35,784 nucleotides of DNA. It comes from an uncultured Holophagaceae bacterium. Its GTDB lineage: Bacteria; Acidobacteriota; Holophagae; Holophagales; Holophagaceae. Shown here one piece after another: positions 26,667-35,784 of the stretch (the stretch's first letter is position 1; every line of letters starts with the position of its first letter). The DNA is taken from contig CAIXHJ010000521.1 in the NCBI GenBank assembly GCA_903919165.1, positions 1 to 35,784 of the forward strand, in the 5' to 3' direction. Below the pieces are notes generated by a model. That model worked only from the letters and a program-made list of their open reading frames with translations, ran no database searches and was not told the origin of the DNA. Made by a program: the position numbers and the translations under genes.

Positions 26667-26857
26667 TCGGCACCTCCTGGGCAAAGCTGCAATGAGCCGT
26701 GAATCCACCACTCCTTTTACTGTCTACCGAACCTTCAGGATTAGGACCCGCAGGTGGAAAGACACGCCAGGATCGGTCCAAGCCAGTTTCCAGGATGGGG
26801 TGACCGCACCTTCGTGCAAGGTCTGGTGTGGTATCCAGGTTGCCTTTCGCGACCAGC

Positions 26858-28417
26858 CTAGCTTGAAACTTCGCCCAGCCTCAAATCGAAGGGGATTCCG
26901 GCCCGCTTGCAGGTGGCGATGAAGCTCTCCTTATCGGGGCACTTAAGGTAGGCCTCCATAGGCTCGACCTTCCTGTCCTTGATGAGTTCGACTAGAGCAT
27001 CGTTCATGAGTCGCTGGCCGTAGCTTCGGCCTGTCTGCATGGCGCTGGGAATCTGGAAATTCTTCCCCTCGCGGATGAGGTTGGCGATGGCGGGACTGAT
27101 GAAGAGGGTCTCCAGGGCCGCGAGGCGGCCGCCGCCCACGCGCTTGAGCAGCACCTGGCTCACCACGCACTTCAGCGCGTCGGCCAGCATCACGCGGATC
27201 TGCTGCTGCCGGTCAGAGGGGAACTGGTCCACGATGCGATCGATGGTCCCGATGGCACTGCTGGTGTGCAGTGTTCCGAAGACGAGATGCCCGGTAGCAG
27301 CAGTTTCCAAGGCAATGGCGATGGTCTCAAGGTCACGCATCTCGCCTACCAGCACCACGTCCGGATCTTCCCGAAGGGCCGCCCGCAGGCCGCTCTTGAA
27401 GCTGTCGGTGTGAGTGCCCACTTCCCGTTGGTTGACCAGGCAGCCCTTGCGGGGATGCACGAACTCGATTGGATCCTCGATTGTGAGGATGTGGTCCCGC
27501 CGCTTCTGGTTGGCCAGGTCGACGATGGCCGCCAGGGTGGTGGACTTGCCACTGCCCGTGGGCCCTGTGACCAGCACCAGGCCCTTGGAAAGGGTCGCCA
27601 GTCGGCGTACATGGTCCGGCAGGCCAAGCTTGTCAGGGTCGGGAAGCTGGTTGGGTATGACGCGACAGACCATGCCCGGTCCCACCCGATCCTGGAAGTA
27701 GTTCACTCGGAGACGGCATCCGCCCGCCTCGTAGGCGAAGGCGAAATCAGCGTCATGGCGCTCCTCGAAGTGTTGCCATATTGCAGGTGTGGCCAGGGTC
27801 TCCATCATCTCCAGCAGGGAGGTCGGATCCAGGGGACCGAAACCCTCCAGCGCCATCATGTCCCCATGGACCCGGACTAGGGGTGGTTCGTGGGTGGTGC
27901 AGTGCAGGTCGGAACCCTGCTGCTCCAGGAGGGTCGAGAGAAGTCTTTCCGCCAGTGGATGGCCTTGGAATCTCCTGGGACTTGGCCCAGGCCGTGCGAT
28001 CTCCCGCGGGACCTGTTCAGCTGCAGCGGTGGCGGCTCTTACCGTGTCGAGTGTAAAAGCCACTTCGGTAGGAGCTGCCTCTTTGGCAGACCGGACCGTC
28101 GGTGTGGGCGAGGCCCCCTGGAATTCGGCCTGGATCTGGGGGTTATCCATGTGCCGGCTGAGGCGAATGTGGAAGCTCTGCCCGGCCAGGTCATAGTCGA
28201 ATTCAGCCTCGCCGTCTTTCTGCCAAGCGGCTCTGAGTTCGGAAGGCACCACGTCCCCGGCGAGCACCTCGACCATTACCGCCGGCAAGGGATTGGGCAG
28301 CAGATCAACGGCTTCCCCGGATTTCAGCTCCAGCCGGGGCTTCCGATCGGCTTTCAGTTCCAGGCGGCTGCCCGCTTTCGCGATGATCTGGGTGAGTAGG
28401 CGATCCAACTGGGCCAT
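26858..28417 (-). CDS. pilT: PilT/PilU family type IV pilus retraction ATPase with extended N-terminus
   Basis: GSDLH, Walker A GPTGSGKST, TIEDPIE, ALREDPDVVLVGEMRD, TGHLVFGTLHT, AIANLIRE. Confidence 0.92.
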   Translation of the reverse strand: MAQLDRLLTQIIAKAGSRLELKADRKPRLELKSGEAVDLLPNPLPAVMVEVLAGDVVPSELRAAWQKDGEAEFDYDLAGQSFHIRLSRHMDNPQIQAEFQGASPTPTVRSAKEAAPTEVAFTLDTVRAATAAAEQVPREIARPGPSPRRFQGHPLAERLLSTLLEQQGSDLHCTTHEPPLVRVHGDMMALEGFGPLDPTSLLEMMETLATPAIWQHFEERHDADFAFAYEAGGCRLRVNYFQDRVGPGMVCRVIPNQLPDPDKLGLPDHVRRLATLSKGLVLVTGPTGSGKSTTLAAIVDLANQKRRDHILTIEDPIEFVHPRKGCLVNQREVGTHTDSFKSGLRAALREDPDVVLVGEMRDLETIAIALETAATGHLVFGTLHTSSAIGTIDRIVDQFPSDRQQQIRVMLADALKCVVSQVLLKRVGGGRLAALETLFISPAIANLIREGKNFQIPSAMQTGRSYGQRLMNDALVELIKDRKVEPMEAYLKCPDKESFIATCKRAGIPFDLRLGEVSS

Positions 28418-28523
28418 GACGCTGACTCCGGGTAATCCAAAGAATGCCACGGATCACGGCCTTCAGGGAGCGGCATTGGCCCCGCGACCGCTAGACTGGT
28501 GCAGGACCTTTCCTGGAGTGAAC

Positions 28524-29681
28524 ATGAACATCCATGAGTACCAAGCCAAGGAACTGCTTCGGCTTTACAGCGTGGCTACGCCCTTTGGAAGGGTGGCCCA
28601 GGACGCTGAGGATGCCCGCATGATCACCAAGGAGTTCGGTGGAACCAGCGTTGTGAAGGCCCAGATCCACGCCGGGGGCCGGGGCAAGGGCGGGGGAGTG
28701 AAGCTCGCCGCCAATCCCGATATGGCTGCGGAGCACTTCAAGTCCATCTTCGGCATGCGGCTCGTCACGAGACAGACCGGTGCCGAGGGGCGCAAGGTCC
28801 GCACGGTGTTCATCTGCCGGACCGAAGACATCGCCCGCGAACTCTACCTGAGCTTCCTGGTGGATCGCGAGTCCAGCCGCATCACGATCCTGGCCTCCAC
28901 TGAAGGCGGTGTGGAAATCGAGGAGGTCGCCGAGAAGACCCCCGAGAAGATCTTCAAGGTGGTGGTGGATCCGGCACTGGGCCTCAGTGGTTTCCAGGCC
29001 CGCCAGGTGGCCTTCGCCCTGGGCCTGGCCGGGGATGAATTCAAGCTGGGCGTGACCTTCCTCCAGAACCTCTACAAGCTCTTCGTGGAGAAGGACTGTT
29101 CCATGGTGGAGATCAACCCGCTGGTGGTCACCAAACAGGGATTCGTCACGGCCCTGGACGCCAAGATCGCCTTCGACGACAACGCCTTGTTCCGCCACCA
29201 CGACATCCTAGCCTTCCGCGATCTCAACGAAGAGGCCGAGGAGGAGGTCGAGGCCGGAAAGTTCAACCTGCACTTCATCAAGCTGGACGGCCAGATCGGC
29301 TGCCTGGTGAACGGCGCGGGCCTGGCCATGGCCACCATGGACATCATCAAGTACTATGGTGGCTCCCCGGCCAACTTCCTGGATTTGGGTGGTGGCGCCA
29401 CCGAGGATTCCGTGAGGAATGCCTTCCGGATCATTCTGCAGGATCCCGCCGTGAAAGCCGTGCTGGTGAACATCTTCGGCGGCATCATGCGCTGTGACGT
29501 GGTCGCCACGGGCATCGTGAAAGCGGCGACGGTGATCGGCATCAAGGTGCCCGTGGTGGTGCGCCTTGAGGGAACCAATTTCGAGGAGGGCAAGCAGATC
29601 CTGGCCGACAGCGGTCTGAACCTGACGGTTGCCACAGACCTGAAGGACGCCGCTGAGAAGGTCGTGGCTTCCATCAAGTGA
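28524..29681 (+). CDS. sucC: Succinyl-CoA ligase beta subunit
   Basis: MNIHEYQAK, KAQIHAGGRGKGGGV, NGAGLAMATMD, NIFGGIMRCD. Confidence 0.98.
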   Translation: MNIHEYQAKELLRLYSVATPFGRVAQDAEDARMITKEFGGTSVVKAQIHAGGRGKGGGVKLAANPDMAAEHFKSIFGMRLVTRQTGAEGRKVRTVFICRTEDIARELYLSFLVDRESSRITILASTEGGVEIEEVAEKTPEKIFKVVVDPALGLSGFQARQVAFALGLAGDEFKLGVTFLQNLYKLFVEKDCSMVEINPLVVTKQGFVTALDAKIAFDDNALFRHHDILAFRDLNEEAEEEVEAGKFNLHFIKLDGQIGCLVNGAGLAMATMDIIKYYGGSPANFLDLGGGATEDSVRNAFRIILQDPAVKAVLVNIFGGIMRCDVVATGIVKAATVIGIKVPVVVRLEGTNFEEGKQILADSGLNLTVATDLKDAAEKVVASIK

Positions 29682-29738
29682 CCGAAATGAAAACAACTCT
29701 CGCACCCTTGAGTCTTCTGATTTCCAGAGAGGTATGAC

Positions 29739-30611
29739 ATGGCCGTTCTTGTGGGTAACCACACCAAACTGATCATCCAGGGCATCACGGGCCGCGAAGG
29801 CCTCTTCCACGCCACTGGCTGCCGCGACTATGGCACCCACGTGGTCGGCGGCGTGACCCCAGGCAAGGGCGGGACCGAGATCGAGGGCTTCCCCGTATTC
29901 AACACCGTGAGGGACGCCGTCGCGCAGACCCGTGCCAACGCCACCATGATTTTCGTGCCCTCCGCCGGGGCTGCCGATGCCATTCTCGAGGCCCTGGAAG
30001 CGGGCATCGAGCTCATCGTCTGCATCACCGAGGGCATCCCTGTCCTCGACATGGTGAAGGTCAAACGAGTCCTTCCCGACTACTCCAAGAGCCGCCTCAT
30101 CGGCCCCAACTGCCCGGGCATCATCAGCCCCGGTCTTGCCAAGATCGGCATCATGCCCGGCCGCATCCACAAGCAGGGCCATGTGGGTGTGGTCAGCCGC
30201 TCGGGCACCCTCACCTACGAGGCGGTGGGCCAGTTGACGGCCCTCGGCATCGGCCAGAGCACCTGCATCGGCATCGGTGGGGATCCGATCAATGGCACCA
30301 GCCACATCGATGCCCTGCGGTTGTTCCAGGATGATCCGGACACCCACGCCATCATCATGATCGGTGAAATCGGCGGCAGCGCCGAGGAGCAGGCCGCGGA
30401 GTTCGTGAAGGAGTACGTGACGAAGCCCGTGGTGGCCTTCATCGCCGGCCAGACGGCCCCTCCGGGGCGCCGCATGGGCCACGCCGGCGCCATCATTTCC
30501 GGCGGCAAGGGTACCGCCGCCGAGAAGATGAAGGCCCTTCAAGCCGCCGGCATCACCGTGGTCCAGAGCCCGGCGGACATGGGCAGGACATTGGCCGAGC
30601 GGATGAAATAG
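29739..30611 (+). CDS. sucD: Succinyl-CoA ligase alpha subunit
   Basis: [36 protein letters not shown] (phospho-His). Confidence 0.98.
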   Translation: MAVLVGNHTKLIIQGITGREGLFHATGCRDYGTHVVGGVTPGKGGTEIEGFPVFNTVRDAVAQTRANATMIFVPSAGAADAILEALEAGIELIVCITEGIPVLDMVKVKRVLPDYSKSRLIGPNCPGIISPGLAKIGIMPGRIHKQGHVGVVSRSGTLTYEAVGQLTALGIGQSTCIGIGGDPINGTSHIDALRLFQDDPDTHAIIMIGEIGGSAEEQAAEFVKEYVTKPVVAFIAGQTAPPGRRMGHAGAIISGGKGTAAEKMKALQAAGITVVQSPADMGRTLAERMK

Positions 30612-30630
30612 CAGGATGTTTCCCATTAAC

Positions 30631-30662
30631 AGGGGCACCGGTGCTTTCCCGGTGTCCTTTTT
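30631..30662 (+). terminator. Intrinsic terminator after sucD
   Basis: AGGGGCACCGG-TGCTTTC-CCGGTGTCCTT stem (with G-U pairs) running into a T5 tract. Confidence 0.75.
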
Positions 30663-30698
30663 GATGTAACGGCCTCCGGTCCGTGCTGTACTGACACC

Positions 30699-31577
30699 AT
30701 GACGGATCTGACCAAAGCACACTTGGATCATCGGCGCGTCTGGCGGGAATTCGATTACTGCTATCCGGTGATCTCCCGCCGCAGCCGCGGGCTGAGCCTC
30801 GGCGTGAACCTGAACCCGGACAAGGTCTGCAATTTCGATTGTATCTACTGCGAGGTGGACCGCACGGTGCCACCCAGGCGGAAAGATCTCGACCTGGATC
30901 TGCTTGACCAGGAATTGGGCCTGCTATTGGACTTGGCCACTAGCGGGGAGATCTATCAGATTCCACCCTTCGATTCAGCCCATCCCAAGCAGAGGCGACT
31001 CAATGACATCGCCTTCAGCGGTGACGGCGAACCCACGACAGCTCGCGAGTTTGCCGATGTGGTGGCTCGGGTCGCTCACCTCAAGGCCCAGCGGGAGTTG
31101 GATCTTGTGAAACTCGTGCTCATCACGGATTCCAGCCGCCTGGGAGCGCCGGAGGTGGTGAAGGGCCTGGAGATCCTGATGGCGAATCAGGGGGAAATCT
31201 GGGCCAAGCTCGATGCGGGCACCGAGTCCTTCTACCGAGAGATCTGCCGCAGCCAGGTCCCTTTCGAGCGCATCCTCGACAACCTGCTGGCTACCGCCCG
31301 CCGTTGGCCGATCCTCATCCAGACGCTGTTCCTAGACTGGCGGGGTCAGGGACCCGGCGAGGCGGAACTGGAGGCTTACTGCCGCCGCTTGGAACACATC
31401 CTGGCCCAGGGTGGGCGGCTCCAGGCCATTCAGCTCTACACCGTGGCAAGACCCACTCCCGAGCCTGAGGCCAGACCTTTGCGGCGTCTCGAACTGGAGG
31501 CCATCGCAGAGAACCTGCGAAGCCGCCTTCCGGGCTTGCCAGTCGATGTCTACTACGGTCCGGAGGAGTGGGCCTGA
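30699..31577 (+). CDS. Radical SAM protein of unknown function (TYW1-like Fe-S oxidoreductase)
   Basis: SRRSRGLSLGVNL, CNFDCIYC, FSGDGEPT, KLDAG. Confidence 0.9.
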   Translation: MTDLTKAHLDHRRVWREFDYCYPVISRRSRGLSLGVNLNPDKVCNFDCIYCEVDRTVPPRRKDLDLDLLDQELGLLLDLATSGEIYQIPPFDSAHPKQRRLNDIAFSGDGEPTTAREFADVVARVAHLKAQRELDLVKLVLITDSSRLGAPEVVKGLEILMANQGEIWAKLDAGTESFYREICRSQVPFERILDNLLATARRWPILIQTLFLDWRGQGPGEAELEAYCRRLEHILAQGGRLQAIQLYTVARPTPEPEARPLRRLELEAIAENLRSRLPGLPVDVYYGPEEWA

Positions 31578-32797
31578 TGCGCCGGTTCATCCCGGGCGCG
31601 GCATTGCTGCTCCTCGGCCTTTGTGCATGCCGCAACCGGGCAGAGAAACAAGCACCTCCGGCCCCGGTCAGCCTCAGCCTGATCGCCGTGGGTGACATCC
31701 TGATGCACCAGGACGTGAAGCATGCCGCAGACTTGGATCCTAATGGCTTTCAAGCCCTGTGGGCGGACCTGGTCCCCATGTTCCGGGAGGCGGATCTGGC
31801 ATTCGGGAATCTGGAAACCCCTGTGGCGCCCGCCACCGGCAGGCCGGGCGTGCCCTTCCAATTCAATGCGCCCGGGTCCCTTCCTGCCGCGCTTCGTGCC
31901 AGCGGGTTCACTGTACTCTCCACGGCCAACAACCATGCTTTCGACCAGGGCGCCAAGGGTGTGCGTGAAACCCTGAACCGATTGCGGGCGCAGCATCTGG
32001 TGGCCATCGGCAGCGGCGAGGACCGCCCCTGCGCTGAATCCAGCCAGATCGTCGAGCGAAGGGGCCTCCGGGTCGCCTTCCTGGGGTTCACGGATATCTT
32101 CAACCTCGACCTGAACCGGCGGGCCAACGAACCATGGGTGCGTCCGCTGGATCTGGAACCGGCCCTGCAGGCTGTGCGAGAGGCCAGAGGCCAAGCCGAT
32201 CTGGTCGTGGTGAGCCTTCATTGGGGCAACGAATACCAGCACCTCCCCACGAAGCGACAGAGGGACATTGCCCGTTCCCTAGTGACGGCCGGATGCGATG
32301 TGATCCTCGGACACCACCCCCACATGCTCCAGCCCGTCGAGCTTCTGGAGGCCGAGGGCCGCAAGGCCCTGGTGGCCTACTCGCTGGGGAACTTCATCAG
32401 CAACCAGGATCGGATGTACCGGGCGGACCTCTTTCCGGTGGCCGGTGGTGACAACCGGGATGGTGCCGCGCTCAGGGTGCGCTTCGAGTCGAGGCAGGAT
32501 CCCGATGGCCGGAAGACCGTGGCGCTGGCGGAGGCCACTATCGAGCCTCTCTGGACTGAGAACAACTGGGGTGCCTCGGCCGGCCACCGGGAGATCAGGG
32601 TCATCCGTGTGGCCGCCGCCGAGGCCCGTGTCCGGGAGGATCTGGACCGGCTTTCCGATCCACTGGAAGGCCCGAAAGCCTCGCCCGATGCCACGCTCCG
32701 GAAGAAGGCCATCCTGGAAAAACAGGAATACCTCCGCACACTCATCCTGAGACGGAAGCGCATCGCGGAGATCATGGGCGAGGCCTTCGTCAGGTAA
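31577..32797 (+). CDS. CapA/PgsA family metallophosphoesterase lipoprotein
   Basis: Lipobox LCA-C, AVGDILMH, GNLETP, ANNHAFDQG, SLHWGNE, GHHPH, YSLGNF. TGATG overlap with the previous gene. Confidence 0.9.
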   Translation: MRRFIPGAALLLLGLCACRNRAEKQAPPAPVSLSLIAVGDILMHQDVKHAADLDPNGFQALWADLVPMFREADLAFGNLETPVAPATGRPGVPFQFNAPGSLPAALRASGFTVLSTANNHAFDQGAKGVRETLNRLRAQHLVAIGSGEDRPCAESSQIVERRGLRVAFLGFTDIFNLDLNRRANEPWVRPLDLEPALQAVREARGQADLVVVSLHWGNEYQHLPTKRQRDIARSLVTAGCDVILGHHPHMLQPVELLEAEGRKALVAYSLGNFISNQDRMYRADLFPVAGGDNRDGAALRVRFESRQDPDGRKTVALAEATIEPLWTENNWGASAGHREIRVIRVAAAEARVREDLDRLSDPLEGPKASPDATLRKKAILEKQEYLRTLILRRKRIAEIMGEAFVR

Positions 32798-33347
32798 GCC
32801 CTAGTTCCACCCGGTGCTCATGCACCACGGCGATGATGCGGGCGAGGTGCTCGTCCTCGGTGCCGCCAACGGCCTCAGAGAGCATCCGCAGGCCCTCTGC
32901 CACTTCGAAGCGGTCCACGCCGGCAGCGAAAGCCCTGTCCTTCAGCTTCTTCTTCACGCTCTTGGGTTCCAGTCCCTCAGTCCGCGTGGGACGCACCAGC
33001 GAGCATGCCATGACGAAGCCCGTGATCTCGTCGGAGGCCAGGAGAGCCCTGTCCAGCAGGCTGTCGTAGGACACGCCCCACCGCGTATAGTGGGCGCTGA
33101 TGGCGTGGGCCAGATCCTCATCCCCACGCTCCCGCAGCCAAGCGATAATGCGCCTGGGGTGCTCTTCGGGCCAGCTGTCATAGTCGGCGTCGTGCAGAAG
33201 GCCGGCCAGGCCGAAGCGTTCAACGTCCTGCTCCAGAGACGCAGCAAGATCCCGCATCACGAGTTCCACCGCACGGGCGTGCGTACGGAGTTTTTCCGAA
33301 GGTGTCCAGTCGCAGAGCAGCTGCCAGGCTTCGTCGCGGGTGAGCAT
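32790..33347 (-). CDS. HD domain protein (predicted hydrolase)
   Basis: TRDEAWQLL...H...GLLHDADYD...H...ASDEITGF...VKKKLKDRAFAAGVDR. Confidence 0.9.
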   Translation of the reverse strand: MLTRDEAWQLLCDWTPSEKLRTHARAVELVMRDLAASLEQDVERFGLAGLLHDADYDSWPEEHPRRIIAWLRERGDEDLAHAISAHYTRWGVSYDSLLDRALLASDEITGFVMACSLVRPTRTEGLEPKSVKKKLKDRAFAAGVDRFEVAEGLRMLSEAVGGTEDEHLARIIAVVHEHRVELGLT

Positions 33348-33358
33348 CAGGATGTCCT

Positions 33359-34189
33359 TCAGGGGATCGTGATGGTGGGCCTAGGCGGTCCAAGCTCCGG
33401 ATCCCCTGGAAAGCGAACGGATTCGAGGAAGAGCCCTGAGGCTGGAGCGGCCTTCGCGCCCCAGAAGAGGTTGGCGGCCTCCGTCGGATTCCGGAGATCT
33501 TCCTGGACGCGCCTGGGTTCCTCTTCACCCAGGGCGCAGGCCACGGTGGCACCGACCATGCGGCGCACCTGGCGGCGGAAGAAGTGGGTGGCCCGGACCC
33601 GCAGGAGGATGAGCGACCCAGCTTCGGCCACCTCGCACTGGAAGGTGCGCACCCGGCCATCCTCCTCGCTATCGAGATCCGCAAAAGCGGAGATTTCATG
33701 GTCTCCTTCGAAGGCGCCCCAGGCCTGGGAGAGACGATCCAGGTCCAGACTCCGCTTCACCCACCAGATCCAGGGTTTGCCGAACGCGCTGCGGCGTCTA
33801 CTGATCTGGTAGAGGTAGGTGCGGTCCACCGCATCATATCGGGCGTGGAAACGGGGGGTACAGGTACGGACATCGCGGATGGCGATGTCCTGCGGAAGGG
33901 CTCCGTCGAGGATGCGCCGCAACTCGCCAGGGCGGGGCGCTCCCCTGGAGTCCAGGTGCAGATGGGCGACTTGGCCAAGGGCATGAACACCGGCATCGGT
34001 CCGGCCCGCACTGCCCAGGTACACTAAGTGCAGTCCCGCCTCGTGGATGACATGCTCGATGCTTCCTGCAACGGTGCGAACACCTTCTCGGGACTGATTG
34101 GCGCCCTGCTTCTGCCACCCCTGGAACCGGCTCCCGTCATACTCGATCAGCAACCGGAAAGAGGCCAGGGGTCCAGGTTTCATGGCCAT
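33359..34189 (-). CDS. truA: tRNA pseudouridine(38-40) synthase
   Basis: IEYDGSRFQGWQ, AGRTDAGVHALGQV, FHARY, RQVRRMVG, APASGLFL. Confidence 0.94.
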   Translation of the reverse strand: MAMKPGPLASFRLLIEYDGSRFQGWQKQGANQSREGVRTVAGSIEHVIHEAGLHLVYLGSAGRTDAGVHALGQVAHLHLDSRGAPRPGELRRILDGALPQDIAIRDVRTCTPRFHARYDAVDRTYLYQISRRRSAFGKPWIWWVKRSLDLDRLSQAWGAFEGDHEISAFADLDSEEDGRVRTFQCEVAEAGSLILLRVRATHFFRRQVRRMVGATVACALGEEEPRRVQEDLRNPTEAANLFWGAKAAPASGLFLESVRFPGDPELGPPRPTITIP

Positions 34190-34191
34190 GG

Positions 34192-34590
34192 TCAGGACCC
34201 GATGACGGCCCTCACCGCCTCGATCAAGGTGGCAGGGTCATGGATCGGTTTGGCGATATAGCCTTGGGCGCCAGTCAGTTCCAAGTACTTCTCGCGATCG
34301 CCGGACATGGCGTGGGCCGTGGCAAGGAGCACAGGGATGTGGCGGGTGGCTTCATCCTTCTTCAGCAATTGGGTGATGAAGATGCCATCCACCTTGCGGC
34401 CCTGGTAGCTCGAACGAGAAAGACTCACATCCATGATCACCGCAGCTATGTCCGCCTCGCGGGCGAGACGCTGGATTTCTTCGACCTCTTCCGATACCAG
34501 CACCTCGTATCCGCCCTTCTTGACGAGTACGGTCTGGATGAACTTCACATTGATGGGGTCATCCTCCACCAGGAGGATTCGATTGGACAT
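34192..34590 (-). CDS. Single-domain response regulator (CheY/DivK-like)
   Basis: ILLVEDD, phospho-acceptor MDVSL, ATAHAM, YIAKP. Confidence 0.93.
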   Translation of the reverse strand: MSNRILLVEDDPINVKFIQTVLVKKGGYEVLVSEEVEEIQRLAREADIAAVIMDVSLSRSSYQGRKVDGIFITQLLKKDEATRHIPVLLATAHAMSGDREKYLELTGAQGYIAKPIHDPATLIEAVRAVIGS

Positions 34591-34621
34591 GAAGGCCTCT
34601 TCTCTCCCAGGCTATCGGCAC

Positions 34622-35473
34622 TTAGTGGTAAGCGCCAAGTCTTTGCTGTGTTTCCAGACGATCCAGGAGATCATCCGGCACCTGGAGGCCAGCCCGTCCG
34701 CGGCCAAGCCGCAGGCCCGGTTTGTTGGCGCCGTGGAAGTCGCTGCCGCCGGTGACGACCATGTCGAGACGCGCGGCCAGGGCCACGAAGTACTTCTGCT
34801 CGGCGGCCTGGTAATCGCCGTAGTACGCTTCAAGGCCCTCCAGACCCTGACGCTGGAGTTCGGCCATGGCTTCATCCCAGCGGAAACCGCCACCTGCGAA
34901 TCGTCCGGGATGGGCCACCACGGGCACCCCGCCTGATTCGCGGATCCACCGGGCGGATTCTGATGGGCTCAGTTCTTCCCGCGGCACGAAGCCGGGGCAG
35001 TCGTCGCCGATGAGTCGCTCGAAGGCCTCGGGCGCCCGACGCACGAAACCACGGGCGACGAGAGCTTTGGCGAAATGGACCCGAGAGAGCAGGGGTGAAT
35101 CCGCCTGGGCCTGGACATCTGTCAGCGTGAGAGGACACCCCAACTCAGCGAGACGCACCAGCATGCGACAATTCCGGTCCTCTCGGCGGCCGCGGAGTTC
35201 CTCCAGTCTCGATTGGAACTGGACGTCAGAAGGATCCACCAAGAGTCCCAGCACATGCAGGGACTTCCCAAGGAACCGGCAACTGAGTTCGGTACCCACG
35301 AGCAACCGCACCTTTACTCGGGTCTGCATGGCCAGGAAAGCAGGAATGCCGCCGAGGGTGTCATGGTCCGTGAGGCAGAGTGCCGTGAGGCGCGCCTGAT
35401 CCCCGAGCAGAGCCAGCCCTTCCGGCGTGTCTGTGCCGTCCGAGTGGAGGGTATGGCAATGGAGGTCGATCAT
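34622..35473 (-). CDS. PHP domain phosphoesterase (TrpH/YciV-like)
   Basis: IDLHCHTLHSDG, LTDHDT, AHP, TGGSDFHG. Confidence 0.93.
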   Translation of the reverse strand: MIDLHCHTLHSDGTDTPEGLALLGDQARLTALCLTDHDTLGGIPAFLAMQTRVKVRLLVGTELSCRFLGKSLHVLGLLVDPSDVQFQSRLEELRGRREDRNCRMLVRLAELGCPLTLTDVQAQADSPLLSRVHFAKALVARGFVRRAPEAFERLIGDDCPGFVPREELSPSESARWIRESGGVPVVAHPGRFAGGGFRWDEAMAELQRQGLEGLEAYYGDYQAAEQKYFVALAARLDMVVTGGSDFHGANKPGLRLGRGRAGLQVPDDLLDRLETQQRLGAYH

Positions 35474-35659
35474 GGTCTGGAAAAAATCCTTGTAGCGACG
35501 AGACGGGGCGGAGAGGCCACTTTGGCCTTGATCGCAGGGCTGCCCCCGAAGGCGGGAGGATCCGTGGGTGGGCCAGGGACACTTATCGATCGACCAAGGA
35601 GTCTATCCGAGCATCGGATGACATCGCGGGGCGCTCAAAATACCTGGACGGGCTCCTGC

Positions 35660-35784
35660 CTACTGGACGAAGTTCGAGGCGCTCTGGGCATCATCGGCGG
35701 GCTCTTCCATGGCCAGGCGACGGAACAGCTTCATGTCGGCGAAGGACAGAATACTCATGTAGGAGAAGCCACTGAAGAACAGCC
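35660..35784 (-). CDS. 3' end of a gene entering from the right edge (probable membrane protein)
   Basis: Open frame ...LFFSGFSYMSILSFADMKLFRRLAMEEPADDAQSASNFVQ-stop with coding-like codon usage. Too short to name. Confidence 0.6.
   Translation of the reverse strand, partial: LFFSGFSYMSILSFADMKLFRRLAMEEPADDAQSASNFVQ

Noticed and set aside
620-35399. Many long antisense or alternate-frame ORFs (e.g. 620..1768, 17778..19001, 19694..20812, 29208..30731)
   Set aside because: Shadow ORFs expected from high GC3 codon bias opposite recognisable genes. They carry no family motifs.

Overview
GC-rich, densely coding bacterial chromosomal window made up mostly of housekeeping genes. The gene content suggests Acidobacteriota (Holophagae/Geothrix-like), which is inference only. 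In order: partial SplB-like radical SAM gene, dnaX, a minus-strand run dnaG-rpoD-Ser/Thr kinase-tamB-moaD, an unknown P-loop protein, a GlpT-like MFS transporter, a lipoprotein, frameshifted kbl, a minus-strand block asnB-PilZ-rhodanese-MauE/DoxX, tdh, a GspG-like lipoprotein, rhodanese, NUDIX, an exported protein, yajQ, polyprenyl synthase, a TolB-N/TPR protein, pilT, sucCD, radical SAM, CapA, HD protein, truA, a response regulator and a PHP protein. I found no tRNA, rRNA, CRISPR array or transposase. The best finding is an apparently complete ribosome-mediated transcription attenuator upstream of asnB: sigma70 promoter, a 28-aa leader peptide with an Asn-x-Asn-x-Asn cluster, and mutually exclusive protector, antiterminator and terminator helices. 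This is a candidate asparagine-sensing attenuator. Second is a 93-bp in-frame palindromic insertion bounded by a 9-bp direct repeat inside dnaG. All RNA structures were paired by eye, not computed.
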